Shown piece by piece: positions 19,935 through 29,607 of a DNA stretch of 40,459 bases. The position numbers and the translations under genes were made by a program. This stretch comes from Rhodothermales bacterium (GTDB lineage Bacteria; Bacteroidota; Rhodothermia; Rhodothermales; VXPQ01). Each line of letters starts with the position of its first letter. Position 1 is the first letter of the stretch. The DNA is taken from assembly GCA_040904565.1 (NCBI GenBank), contig JBBDTI010000001.1:1-40459 (forward strand). Direction: 5' to 3'. A model generated the notes under the pieces. That model was not told the origin of the DNA and did not search any database. It worked only from the letters and a program-made list of their open reading frames with translations.

Positions 19935-20031
19935 GAGGGACCGCCAAATGGTCGTGTCCGAGCTACGCTCTCGCATAGGATCGACGAAATTCCAAACTCT
20001 ACCAACAAGCAGGTAATCCTGAGAGGATCAG

Positions 20032-20814
20032 ATGAAAGGTTGGAGACGGTGTGCGTTCTCGACGATCACCACACTTGCGGTAAGTGCGGCGTTGTTGGTC
20101 GGAGGCTGCGCCGACGACCAGAGTCGCGAGACGGTGAACGGTTCCTCCGATGGACCGGTATTCGAGCCGATCTTCAATGGAACGGACCTCGCGGGATGGG
20201 ACGGAGACGCGCGTTTCTGGCGCGTGGAAGACGGTATGATCATCGGCGAAACGACGGAGGACAATCCAACGGAGGCAAACACTTTTCTCATTTGGGAGGA
20301 AGGTGAGCCCGGTGACTTCGAACTCCGTTTTCAGATCCGCTTCTTGACGGAGGCCGGCAACTCGGGTATTCAGGTTCGATCGGAGCGCTTCCTGGATGAG
20401 GAAACGCCGCAGCTCGAGCACAGGGTTAGGGGATACCAGCCGGACTTCGCCGTCAGCGATTGGATTCCCGGTATCTTATACGAAGAAGGGGGGCGTGGCA
20501 TACTGGCCCGGCGCGGCCAGCGTGTGCATATGGATGCGGAGGGCGAGCGGCACGAAGAGATCTTCGCCGATGAGGAGGAACTCGGTGCATACATCAACCC
20601 GACGGAATGGAACGATTACCACGTAATCGTACAGGGGAACACCCTCCGCAGCCGCATAAACGGTGAACTGATGCACGAATTGATAGATGACTCCCCCGAA
20701 GCTCGCCGTGAGGGAATCATTGCGTTTCAACTTCACCAGGGTCCGCCGACCAGGCTGGCTCTACGAGCGATAGAGTTGGCGGAGCTGCCGCCGGATGCAC
20801 CGACGTCATTTTGA
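20032..20814 (+). CDS. DUF1080 lipoprotein, paralog 2
   Basis: Lipobox VGGC, FNGTDLAGW, DFELRFQ, GNSGIQVRS, GYQPD, WNDY, GIIAFQLH. Confidence 0.9.
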   Translation: MKGWRRCAFSTITTLAVSAALLVGGCADDQSRETVNGSSDGPVFEPIFNGTDLAGWDGDARFWRVEDGMIIGETTEDNPTEANTFLIWEEGEPGDFELRFQIRFLTEAGNSGIQVRSERFLDEETPQLEHRVRGYQPDFAVSDWIPGILYEEGGRGILARRGQRVHMDAEGERHEEIFADEEELGAYINPTEWNDYHVIVQGNTLRSRINGELMHELIDDSPEARREGIIAFQLHQGPPTRLALRAIELAELPPDAPTSF

Positions 20815-20840
20815 GCGACCGAACTCAGGAGATTCATGCT

Positions 20841-23705
20841 ATGATCCGATTCCTCATACCAGCGCTTCTGTTTGCGTCGGTTCTTATAGGATTTTACAAC
20901 CTGCCCCTTCAAGACGAAGAGCGGTTTGACGTCCCTGAGGGCTTTGCCGTAGAAGAAGTCTATTCACCGGAACAGGCCGGCACGGTCGTCGCGATAGCAT
21001 TCGACAGCGAGGGCAGGCTCGTCCTTAGTAGAGAAGATTCGACAATCGTAACGCTGGTTGACGAGAACGGAGACGGCGCATACGAGGAGATCGAGTTTTC
21101 GGAGGAGATCTACAACAGTCAGGGCATCTTCTTCGACGGGCCGGACCTTCTCGCCGTCGGTATGGGGCCGGACAGCGTCGGCATATATCGCGTAGTTGAC
21201 GTAGATGGCGATAGTCGTGGGGATCGGATCGAGCTCATCGAGCGGTCTATTGGTACGATGGGCGACCACGGACCGCATCAGCCCTTCTTCGGGCCGGACG
21301 GATATCTCTACTGGACGCTAGGCAACATGTCGGGCATGTATTCGACGCCCGCGCCGCTTTCGCCGCTTCGCGACTATAAAGAAGGTGTACTGGCGCTCGT
21401 GCGTACGGACCCCCGCGGACACGCCGATGAATATCGCATGCCGGGCGGGACCTTCGTCCGGAAGAATCTGGCGGAGCCGGAATCCGACTGGGAACTTGTC
21501 GTGGGCGGATTTCGGAACCAGTACGACGGCGCTTTCAACATGATGGGGGAGCTCTTCACGTATGACTCCGACATGGAATGGGACCGCGATCTGCCATGGT
21601 TCCGTGAGACGCGGTCGGTGCACGCCGTGCCGGGGGGCGACTTCGGCTGGCGGACCGGATCTCGAAAACTACTCGACTACAACATAGATACGCTGCCTCC
21701 GATGGAGGATCTCGGGCGCGGCTCGCCGACCGGGGTGACCTTCTATCAGTCCTACAGTTATCCGTCGGAATATTGGGACGTTTATCTCCAGTCTGACTGG
21801 TCGCGCGGACGCATCATATTGGGCAAGCTGACCAAGGACGGCGCCACGTATGCACAGGACGGCAGTGAGAATTTCGTCTACGGCGAGCCGCTCAATGTGA
21901 CCGACATCGAAACGGGGCCGGACGGAAACGTATACTTCGCGCTGGGCGGTCGGGGTACGGAGGGTGGTATCTATCGCGTGGTCTATAACGGCCCGAACCG
22001 ACCGGCGGCCCCGGAAGTGACGTCGGATATCGACCGGGTGCTTACCCTGGCGCAGCCTCGCTCCGCCAGGAGCCGCGCCGAGGCCGAGCGAATCCGCGAC
22101 GAGATAGGGACGACCGCCTGGGACGGGTCCCTCACAGACGAGGCGACGAATACGGAGTCCGACGTGGACCGCCGCGTTCGTGCTCTCGAGCTGCTGCACG
22201 TCTTCGGATCGGGACTCGATGAGGATCTGCTGGGCTCGCTGCTCGACGATTCCGCGTGGGAGGTGCGCGCCGCCGCGACGTATTATCTGGGCCTGCATCA
22301 CACGGATTCCGCCCGGCGCGCACTGGCCGACCGGTTGAGGGATTCCGATCCGTTCGTACAGCGACGAGCCGCCGAAGCGCTGGTACGTACGGGCATTCAC
22401 CCGGCCCTCGACGTGCCCTTCTCCGCGGTCGACGACGTATTTCCGCTGCTGGCCAGTGACGAACGATTCGTCCGGTACGCCGCTCGCGAGCTGCTTCGGA
22501 GGCTGAACCGCAACACCTGGCGGGAGGCGGCCCTGGAGCTCGATACATATCCGCAGGCGGCAGAGGCGCTGCTGGCCTATGTACAGACCATCCAATCACC
22601 GAGCGTGAAGGACGTACGGTTCCTCGTCGAACGTGAGGTCGAGCTGCTTGAAGCTCATCCCTCCGACAGCGATCTGCTTGCCCTCATCCGCGTCATGCAG
22701 CTTACGATGCTGGAGGATCACGGGCTCGAGTTTGCGCGGAGTAGCCGACGTGGAGATGATAGACCCGGACCGTATTTGCGGATGGCGGAAATATTTCTGG
22801 AACGGTTTCCGACCGGAGACTGGCGTCTGAACCGAGAGATCGCCCGCACGCTGGTCCACCTGGAATCCGGCGATGCCGTAGCCCAGATTGCGTCGGAGCT
22901 GAACAATCCGGAGAACGACCGCGAGCAACAGATCTTCTATGCCTATGCACTGAGTAACCTTCGCTCCGGCTGGGACGACACGGCGCGGGAGCACATGATC
23001 AGCTGGTTCGAAAAGGTACGAGACGAGCAGTGGAAAGGCGGCGCCAGCTTCGTGGGTTACCTGACGTACATGCTCGAAGACTTCGCCGCATACCAGCCGC
23101 CGGATGTCCAGGAGATGATCGACGAACGAGTACCCCAGCTTACGTTGCGAATCGCAGAGGGGGAGGACGGCCCACGATTCCGTGGCCCGGAATATGAAGT
23201 ATGGTTCTCCGACGAGGAGCTCGAAGAACATCTGATATTCAGTCCGCACAGTTTCGAAGGCGATCCTTCAGCCGGTGCTGAGGCGTACCAAAAAGCCTTC
23301 TGCGGCACGTGCCACACCTTCGGTCCTCTCGGGCAGGAATACGGTCCGGATCTAACGACGGTCGGTCAGCGCTTCTCACGGAAAGACCTCGTGGAGGCGG
23401 TGCTTCGCCCGTCCGAGACGATCTCGGATCTGTGGACCGTGGAGGAGATCACGACGACCGACGACGAGCGTATTTCCGGGACGATCTATCGCGAAGATGC
23501 CTCAGAGGTGGTCGTACAGATTCCCGGTGGCGGACAGGTCGCGATCCCCCGGTCGGAGATTGCCTCGCGAGAAGAATCCTCGGTCTCGGCCATGCCGGCC
23601 GGATTGCTGAACAACCTGAGTCGCGATGAGATGCGCGACCTGTTCCTGTTCCTGGAGGCTGGTCCGGAGGCCATCCCCGATTCGTTGCTGGAAGGATCGA
23701 ATTAG
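20841..23705 (+). CDS. PVC-type membrane-associated dehydrogenase: beta-propeller + HEAT repeats + C-terminal cytochrome c
   Basis: Signal-like N-terminus, DHGPH, GFRNQYD, YDSDMEWD, GRGSPTG, HEAT-like repeats (WEVRAAA, PFVQRRAAEAL), CGTCH..GPDLT, SAMPAGL. Start taken at ATG 20841. Confidence 0.85.
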   Translation: MIRFLIPALLFASVLIGFYNLPLQDEERFDVPEGFAVEEVYSPEQAGTVVAIAFDSEGRLVLSREDSTIVTLVDENGDGAYEEIEFSEEIYNSQGIFFDGPDLLAVGMGPDSVGIYRVVDVDGDSRGDRIELIERSIGTMGDHGPHQPFFGPDGYLYWTLGNMSGMYSTPAPLSPLRDYKEGVLALVRTDPRGHADEYRMPGGTFVRKNLAEPESDWELVVGGFRNQYDGAFNMMGELFTYDSDMEWDRDLPWFRETRSVHAVPGGDFGWRTGSRKLLDYNIDTLPPMEDLGRGSPTGVTFYQSYSYPSEYWDVYLQSDWSRGRIILGKLTKDGATYAQDGSENFVYGEPLNVTDIETGPDGNVYFALGGRGTEGGIYRVVYNGPNRPAAPEVTSDIDRVLTLAQPRSARSRAEAERIRDEIGTTAWDGSLTDEATNTESDVDRRVRALELLHVFGSGLDEDLLGSLLDDSAWEVRAAATYYLGLHHTDSARRALADRLRDSDPFVQRRAAEALVRTGIHPALDVPFSAVDDVFPLLASDERFVRYAARELLRRLNRNTWREAALELDTYPQAAEALLAYVQTIQSPSVKDVRFLVEREVELLEAHPSDSDLLALIRVMQLTMLEDHGLEFARSSRRGDDRPGPYLRMAEIFLERFPTGDWRLNREIARTLVHLESGDAVAQIASELNNPENDREQQIFYAYALSNLRSGWDDTAREHMISWFEKVRDEQWKGGASFVGYLTYMLEDFAAYQPPDVQEMIDERVPQLTLRIAEGEDGPRFRGPEYEVWFSDEELEEHLIFSPHSFEGDPSAGAEAYQKAFCGTCHTFGPLGQEYGPDLTTVGQRFSRKDLVEAVLRPSETISDLWTVEEITTTDDERISGTIYREDASEVVVQIPGGGQVAIPRSEIASREESSVSAMPAGLLNNLSRDEMRDLFLFLEAGPEAIPDSLLEGSN

Positions 23706-23814
23706 CAACGGGCTTAAAGCGTCCGCGGACATCGGCACTGCGACGCACGTCCACAGGAATCTAAGGCTCGCACACAGCGGCTCGAGCATTCATTGATAAA
23801 CAAAATTTCGAACT

Positions 23815-24044
23815 GCCTTGACTTTGCGTATGTGCAATGTGTTAATTCTGCACAACGCCTGTATGTGGGTCGTAGACAGAAAAGGATGTTTTGTATACAG
23901 AAACTGATTCCGTACGAAATCGACGCGCAAGGTCATTCGCCATGGGAGCGTTTTCACGCTGCCGGATTTGCCGAGACCATGGAGAACGCCCCGCTAAAGT
24001 ACCCGCCCATAAAGTGTTCAATAATTCACCGCTAGAGTGCATAG
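23815..24044 (+). repeat. Duplicated promoter/leader, copy 2
   Basis: About 83% identical to 19704-19934. TAGACA-N17-TACAGA with TGTATACA at 23892-23899. Ends 2 nt before the susC ATG. Confidence 0.9.
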
Positions 24045-24046
24045 CT

Positions 24047-27000
24047 ATGCAGCTAACGAAATCAATACTGGCGAGCATCCTTCTCATCGCGTCCGTGATG
24101 TTGCCCGGGTTGGCATGGGCGCAGACAGGAGGAATTACAGGCACGGTGTCGGATAGCCTCAGCGGAGTAACGCTGCCCGGCGTGAACGTGGTCATCGTCG
24201 GCACGCAGACGGGCGCCGCGACGGGCCCCGACGGCAGCTACTCGATCTCCGGGCTGGAGGCTGGCACGTATGACCTGCAAGCTTCCTTCATCGGTTACGT
24301 GACGAAACGGATCGTGGGCATTCAGGTCGAGGCGGGCGAAACGACGGTCGTCAACTTCCCGCTCGCACCAGGCGCCATCGAGCTGGACGAAGTGGTGGCT
24401 ATCGCCTACGGTATCCAGCAGCGGCAGGCGGTAACCGGAGCGGTTGCAAGCGTCGACATGGAGCAGCTGCAGGGACGGCCGCTCAGTAGCGTAGATCAGG
24501 CACTGGAGGGTCAGATTGCCGGTGTCACCGTTTCAAACAGATCCGGCATTCCCGGCGGCGGGCCCAGCATAAAGGTGCGAGGTACGGGAAACGTGGGAGC
24601 AGGCGGGGAGCCGCTGTACGTAATCGACGGCTTTGCCCTGCCTCAGCCCGAGAGCGAGGGTGCCACATCGCGCCGGAACCCGCTCGCTGAGATTTCGCCG
24701 GAAGACATCGAGTCCATCAGCGTCCTCAAGGACGCCTCCGCTACGGCGATTTACGGATCGCGGGCTTCCAACGGCGTCGTAATCATCACGACAAAGAGCG
24801 GCCGGGACGGTCCGCTCGAGTTCAACCTTTCGGCATCGACCGGTTGGAACACGCCGTGGGCCCGGGACGTGCCCGATCCGGCCAATGCTCGCCAGTTCGT
24901 GGAATTTCAGAACTTCATCTGGGCCGACCGCGTCGCGCAAGGAGCGGCGAGCGAGATTCCGCCGGAGTACCGGGATCCGAGCGCCTATGGTGAAGGCACC
25001 AACTGGTGGGATGAGGTCCTCGACGTCTCGCGCCACCACGACGTGCATATGTCGGCATCCGGCGGCACCAATCAGATCCGGTCCTACTTCTCGCTTGGTT
25101 TTACGCGGAACGAAGGCCTCATGGTCGGGCATGACTTCAACCGCGTGTCCCTGCGCGCCAATGCCGACGCGAATCTGACCGATCAGCTTACCGTCGGCCT
25201 CAACGTGGCCCCCTCATACACGCAGCGGGATCTGAATTTCGGAGGCACGGGTCGCGGCTCCGGAGGAGGGGCCCCGTGGAGGCTCTGCCCGATCGAGTCT
25301 CCTGACGAGGCCCAGCCGGGAGTAAATTGCACGGGCGTCTGGTCAGATGCCAACCCGGTCCACTACCTCGAGCAGGTGACCAACGACATGCGGACGCTTC
25401 GGGCGGTTACCAGCGCGTATGTTGATTACGAATTCATCGCGGGCCTACGCGCCCGTTCCCAGTTCAACGTGGACTTTCGAAATTCGAACGTCGACGTATT
25501 CAACCCCTCCACGGTAGGCAGCATCAACCAGCCGGCGCCCTCCGTTCCAGACGGCGATATCGGGACGGACCGGTATCTGAACTGGTTGAGTGAAACGACG
25601 ATGAACTGGCAGTCCGATCTGGGTCCCGGCGCGATCGATCTGCTGGGCGGCTTCACGCTGCAGCAGCAGACCAACAATGGCTCGTCGTTCTCAGGTGTTT
25701 TTCCGGGTGATGCGATTCGGACGTTCAACGTGGCGTCGCGGATTCAAGGCTTCTCGGATGAATCCGAGTGGTCTCTCGCATCGTGGCTGGGAAGGTTGAA
25801 TTACAACCTCTACGACAGATACATCTTCACGGGTACGGTTCGGACAGACGGCTCCTCACGGTTCGGACAGGACAATCGATGGGGGACGTTCCCGTCCGCT
25901 GCCGTGGCCTGGAATCTGCATAACGAGACCTTCATGCAAGACGTCTCCGACGTGCAGCAACTCAGGCTGCGAGCCTCCTTCGGCGAGACGGGAAACAATC
26001 AGATCGGCAACTACGCCAGCCTGGGCGTCGTCAACGACACGGAGTACGTGCTGAACGGCGACGCCGCGGCCGGACGCTTCCTGGCTACCATGGGCAATAC
26101 CGCCCTGTCCTGGGAGAAAACGCAGGAAGTCAATCTCGGTATAGACGCCGTCCTGTACGACCGCCTCGACATGGCGATCGATTTCTATCAGCGCAACACC
26201 ACGCAGCTTCTCATTAATCGGGAGCTGCCCATGATTGCCGGATTCGGCTCCGTCACCGAAAACACCGGAGAGGTCCGAAATCGGGGCGTCGAGGTGAGCA
26301 TGAACTCCGCCAACGTGAACCGCGATAATTTCCGGTGGAATTCTACGGTCACCTTCGCGCTGAATCAGAACGAAATCGTCTCACTGCCTGGCGGCAACGA
26401 TATCAGGTATACCACGTGGCCGGCCGAATACCTCCACCGAGAGGGATTGCCGATGGCCACGTATGTCGGCTTCGTCGTGGACGGCATCTACACCTCGCAA
26501 GAACAGATAGACAGGACGGCCAGCTTTGCGGGTGCCGTCCCGGGCACCATGATCTGGCGGGATCTCAACGGGGACGGTAAAATGACCGAAGATGTCATGG
26601 ACCCCGTGGGCGATTATGCGATTCTGGGGGATGCGTACCCGGACTTCAGCTTCAGCGTGCAGAACAGCGTCAGCATCGGGCGCTTTAACATCCGCGCGCT
26701 GATCAACGGCGAGTTCGGAGGTACGAATCTGCGCACCGAGTGGATCACGACCCCACGCAACATCGACGGACTCTTCAATGTCGACGCGGATTACGTCAAG
26801 AATTTCTGGCGCTCGCCGCAGCAGCCAGGCGACGGGCTCACGCCGACTCCGATCGGTGGGGCCGCGCCGCGCCAGCAGTATCGCGACACGCAGCACACCA
26901 TGTTCTTGTGGGATGCGTCCCACATATGGTTGAGGAGTCTGACGGTTCGCTACAATCTCGCGGGAAGCCTTGCGGGGACGAGCGTCTATTTATCAGGCAA

Positions 27001-27139
27001 TAACCTGTTTGCGATATCGCCCTATCCGAGTAACCCGCAGGCAACGGATCTCGGCGATGCGTCTAACAGCCCCGGAAGGGACGACGGTAACTACCCGCTG
27101 CCAAGGCAGTTCACGGTCGGCGTTGACCTGTCCTTCTAA
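24047..27139 (+). CDS. susC: SusC/RagA-family TonB-dependent transporter
   Basis: Signal peptide from MQLTKS, carboxypeptidase-regulatory-like N domain, LDEVVAIAYG, PLYVIDG, DIESISVLKDASATAIYGSRASNGVVIITTK, LSWEKT, YPLPRQFTVGVDLSF with terminal Phe. Confidence 0.93.
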   Translation: MQLTKSILASILLIASVMLPGLAWAQTGGITGTVSDSLSGVTLPGVNVVIVGTQTGAATGPDGSYSISGLEAGTYDLQASFIGYVTKRIVGIQVEAGETTVVNFPLAPGAIELDEVVAIAYGIQQRQAVTGAVASVDMEQLQGRPLSSVDQALEGQIAGVTVSNRSGIPGGGPSIKVRGTGNVGAGGEPLYVIDGFALPQPESEGATSRRNPLAEISPEDIESISVLKDASATAIYGSRASNGVVIITTKSGRDGPLEFNLSASTGWNTPWARDVPDPANARQFVEFQNFIWADRVAQGAASEIPPEYRDPSAYGEGTNWWDEVLDVSRHHDVHMSASGGTNQIRSYFSLGFTRNEGLMVGHDFNRVSLRANADANLTDQLTVGLNVAPSYTQRDLNFGGTGRGSGGGAPWRLCPIESPDEAQPGVNCTGVWSDANPVHYLEQVTNDMRTLRAVTSAYVDYEFIAGLRARSQFNVDFRNSNVDVFNPSTVGSINQPAPSVPDGDIGTDRYLNWLSETTMNWQSDLGPGAIDLLGGFTLQQQTNNGSSFSGVFPGDAIRTFNVASRIQGFSDESEWSLASWLGRLNYNLYDRYIFTGTVRTDGSSRFGQDNRWGTFPSAAVAWNLHNETFMQDVSDVQQLRLRASFGETGNNQIGNYASLGVVNDTEYVLNGDAAAGRFLATMGNTALSWEKTQEVNLGIDAVLYDRLDMAIDFYQRNTTQLLINRELPMIAGFGSVTENTGEVRNRGVEVSMNSANVNRDNFRWNSTVTFALNQNEIVSLPGGNDIRYTTWPAEYLHREGLPMATYVGFVVDGIYTSQEQIDRTASFAGAVPGTMIWRDLNGDGKMTEDVMDPVGDYAILGDAYPDFSFSVQNSVSIGRFNIRALINGEFGGTNLRTEWITTPRNIDGLFNVDADYVKNFWRSPQQPGDGLTPTPIGGAAPRQQYRDTQHTMFLWDASHIWLRSLTVRYNLAGSLAGTSVYLSGNNLFAISPYPSNPQATDLGDASNSPGRDDGNYPLPRQFTVGVDLSF

Positions 27140-27159
27140 GGGGACGGTGCCGAGCGCCG

Positions 27160-27187
27160 CGAGCGGACGCCGTAGGGTGTCCGCTCG
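27160..27187 (+). other. Intergenic stem-loop between susC and susD
   Basis: CGAGCGGACGCC-GTAG-GGTGTCCGCTCG, a 12-bp stem with one G-U pair and no U-tract. Confidence 0.55.
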
Positions 27188-27223
27188 GATCCGACGATTC
27201 GCCATTTTTTATCAGTCAGAGAT

Positions 27224-28828
27224 ATGATGAAATTCTCAAGCTACATCCTTCCGGTCTTGGCAATGGGTTGTCTCCTGGTCGTTACCGGCTGCGAGGACTT
27301 TCTGACGCCCGAACCCAAGTCCTTCGCCACGACAGCCAACTTCTACCAGAGTCAGGGAGACTTTGAGCAGGCAATCAACGGCGTCTACGTGGAGATGCGT
27401 AGCCTCGTCGGCTCGCACAACTACCGAAACCTCACCGACCGGCGAGGCCCGACGACGACGAAGCACTTCGACGTGAACCTCCCCCATACGGTCGGAGGTG
27501 ATCCGCAGACGGACGAGTTCACGATGGTCGCATCCAATGGGAATTCCGACGACCTGTGGGACGACTCGTACGACCTGATCAACCAGGCGAACGTGATCCT
27601 GTCTCGGATCGACGACGTCGCATTCGAAGACGACGCCGTCAAGGCCAGGATCAAGGGGGAAGCGCTGACAATGAGGGCCTTTGCGTACTGGTTCGCGGGA
27701 CAGGCTTGGGGCGGAGTGCCCATTATCCTGCGCGACGCAAGGACTCCTGAAGAGGCCGCACCCGAAGGGGGGAGTTCCTCCGTGGAGGCCGTCTACCAGC
27801 AGGTCATCTCGGATCTTCAGGCCGCCATCCCGGGTCTTCCGATTAACGACACCAGCGGTCGCATTACGCGCGGAGCGGCGAAGTTTCTCCTTGGGCGGAC
27901 CTACCTGCTCACGGCCGAATATGCCGCGGCGCTGAGCGAGTTCGAAGACCTGGACGTCGGCACCTTCCCTCACAGGCTGCTGGATGGCTACCGCGACGTC
28001 TTTGATCCAGCGAACAAGAACAACGACGAGTCGCTCTGGGAGATTCAATATAACCCCTCGTTGGCCGGCCAGCCCGACCTGGATATGTGGAACATCACTC
28101 TGCCTAATAATGCGGGGCAGAAAATTAGCCAGGGAGGTCTGCTGCCGGATGCGCATCCTCCTACGACGTCCAACGGCTGGTTGATGCCCACTCCGGACAT
28201 CATCGCGAGCTTCGAAGAAGGCGACGGCCGGTTCGAGCAGGGGATCGGATGGTTCATCGACGAGGAAAACAGCAGCTTCCAGGAGATTGCCTGGCCCCCG
28301 TCCGACCTATCCACCGGTCAAGTAGCCGGCGATTCGCTCCCGTATCTGTTCAAATACTACTTTCCCGAAACGGTGAATTCTACCGGCGAATCGATGAACA
28401 ACTGGGTGCTCTTTCGCTTCTCAGACGTGCTGCTTTCGGCGGCGGAAGCGAGCTGGCGCCTTGGTGACGCGGGCACGGCGCAGACGTATCTGAACAGGGT
28501 CCGAGAACGGGCAGGTCTGGGACCGGTCGACCTCGGGAATTATCCTCGTTCGGCGACGTCGTGGATCTCGACCGGAGATGCCCTCGGCGATGCCATCCTG
28601 CACGAGCGACTGATCGAACTGTTGGGCGAAGGCCACGCCTGGTTCGATCTCAAGAGATTCGGTTCCGATTTTGCCGTCTCGGTCATGCGAGAACACGGAA
28701 ATCGGTTCAGGAACCGCGATCGAAAGGTGACGGGCGACATGTATCAGGTTCAGTCGCACATGTTGCTGTATCCAATCCCTCCGAATGAGATTAACCTGGC
28801 CAACCTCCAGCAGAATCCAGGCTGGTAG
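27224..28828 (+). CDS. susD: SusD/RagB-family nutrient-binding lipoprotein
   Basis: Lipobox VTGC-EDFL, GEA..RAFAY, FRFSDVLLSAAEA, LNRVRERAG, ERLIELLGEGHAWFDLKR, YPIP..E, QNPGW. Confidence 0.93.
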   Translation: MMKFSSYILPVLAMGCLLVVTGCEDFLTPEPKSFATTANFYQSQGDFEQAINGVYVEMRSLVGSHNYRNLTDRRGPTTTKHFDVNLPHTVGGDPQTDEFTMVASNGNSDDLWDDSYDLINQANVILSRIDDVAFEDDAVKARIKGEALTMRAFAYWFAGQAWGGVPIILRDARTPEEAAPEGGSSSVEAVYQQVISDLQAAIPGLPINDTSGRITRGAAKFLLGRTYLLTAEYAAALSEFEDLDVGTFPHRLLDGYRDVFDPANKNNDESLWEIQYNPSLAGQPDLDMWNITLPNNAGQKISQGGLLPDAHPPTTSNGWLMPTPDIIASFEEGDGRFEQGIGWFIDEENSSFQEIAWPPSDLSTGQVAGDSLPYLFKYYFPETVNSTGESMNNWVLFRFSDVLLSAAEASWRLGDAGTAQTYLNRVRERAGLGPVDLGNYPRSATSWISTGDALGDAILHERLIELLGEGHAWFDLKRFGSDFAVSVMREHGNRFRNRDRKVTGDMYQVQSHMLLYPIPPNEINLANLQQNPGW

Positions 28829-28875
28829 CCGAGCTTCTGAGCCGCTAATCACTCAGCACGAGATCCTGAAAGTCC

Positions 28876-29571
28876 ATGAATGTTACTCACGCACAAGATT
28901 TTGATTGGTCGGCGCCGGTACGAAGAGCCGTTCGTTCCATCGTGCTATTCCTTGTCGGATCGCTAACCCTAACGCTTGCCGCGCATGCCCAGCTAGGTGC
29001 TTCGCTGGGATATGGGCTCAACGTGATCAGCCAGCCGAACTACTCCGGTCCCAGCAACTCGTTCGAGAGCACCGGGGGCGTCAACGCCGGACTGTTCTAT
29101 AACTTCCCGGTCGGTCAAATCGATATTCGGCCATCCATGTTCTTTCAGAAAAACGATTTTTCATGGGAACTGGATGGGGTCGAAATCTTTTCGCCGATTG
29201 AGGGCGACTTCCGCGTCGCGGGATTCGCGTTCGACCTGCGATACCGGTTTTCGGCGGACGAAAATTCGCCGTACGTACTCCTGGGTCCGGAAGTTAACTA
29301 CGTAGCTGCCAATCGTGCGGAGCTGCGAACCGTGCTGGACTACGAAAAAGGTTCGACGAAGTACACCCGGATCAACATAGGCGCCGGCTACAGAGTGCAG
29401 TTTCCCTCGCTCGGGATAGCACTGGAACCCGAAGTGCGCTACAGTCACGCGCTGGCGGGATTCATGGAGCAGGATTTTATTGTACACACCATCGAATACT
29501 CCGGTGACGCCCAGCGCAGCATGAGCAATCTGATTTTCCGTGTCGGGTTCACGTTCTTGGGCTTTGAGTGA
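28876..29571 (+). CDS. Outer-membrane beta-barrel protein (OMP_b-brl/porin-like)
   Basis: Signal peptide ending AHA-Q, alternating amphipathic beta strands, aromatic C-terminal strand FRVGFTF. Confidence 0.72.
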   Translation: MNVTHAQDFDWSAPVRRAVRSIVLFLVGSLTLTLAAHAQLGASLGYGLNVISQPNYSGPSNSFESTGGVNAGLFYNFPVGQIDIRPSMFFQKNDFSWELDGVEIFSPIEGDFRVAGFAFDLRYRFSADENSPYVLLGPEVNYVAANRAELRTVLDYEKGSTKYTRINIGAGYRVQFPSLGIALEPEVRYSHALAGFMEQDFIVHTIEYSGDAQRSMSNLIFRVGFTFLGFE

Positions 29572-29607
29572 TGCAGGGACCGAATGGGATCGAGTTTCGG
29601 ACGGGAT

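Noticed and set aside
23891-24046. 52-aa N-terminal extension of SusC in the ORF track
   Set aside because: It lies in the duplicated promoter/leader. The other copy has an indel and a stop, and the signal peptide starts at 24047.
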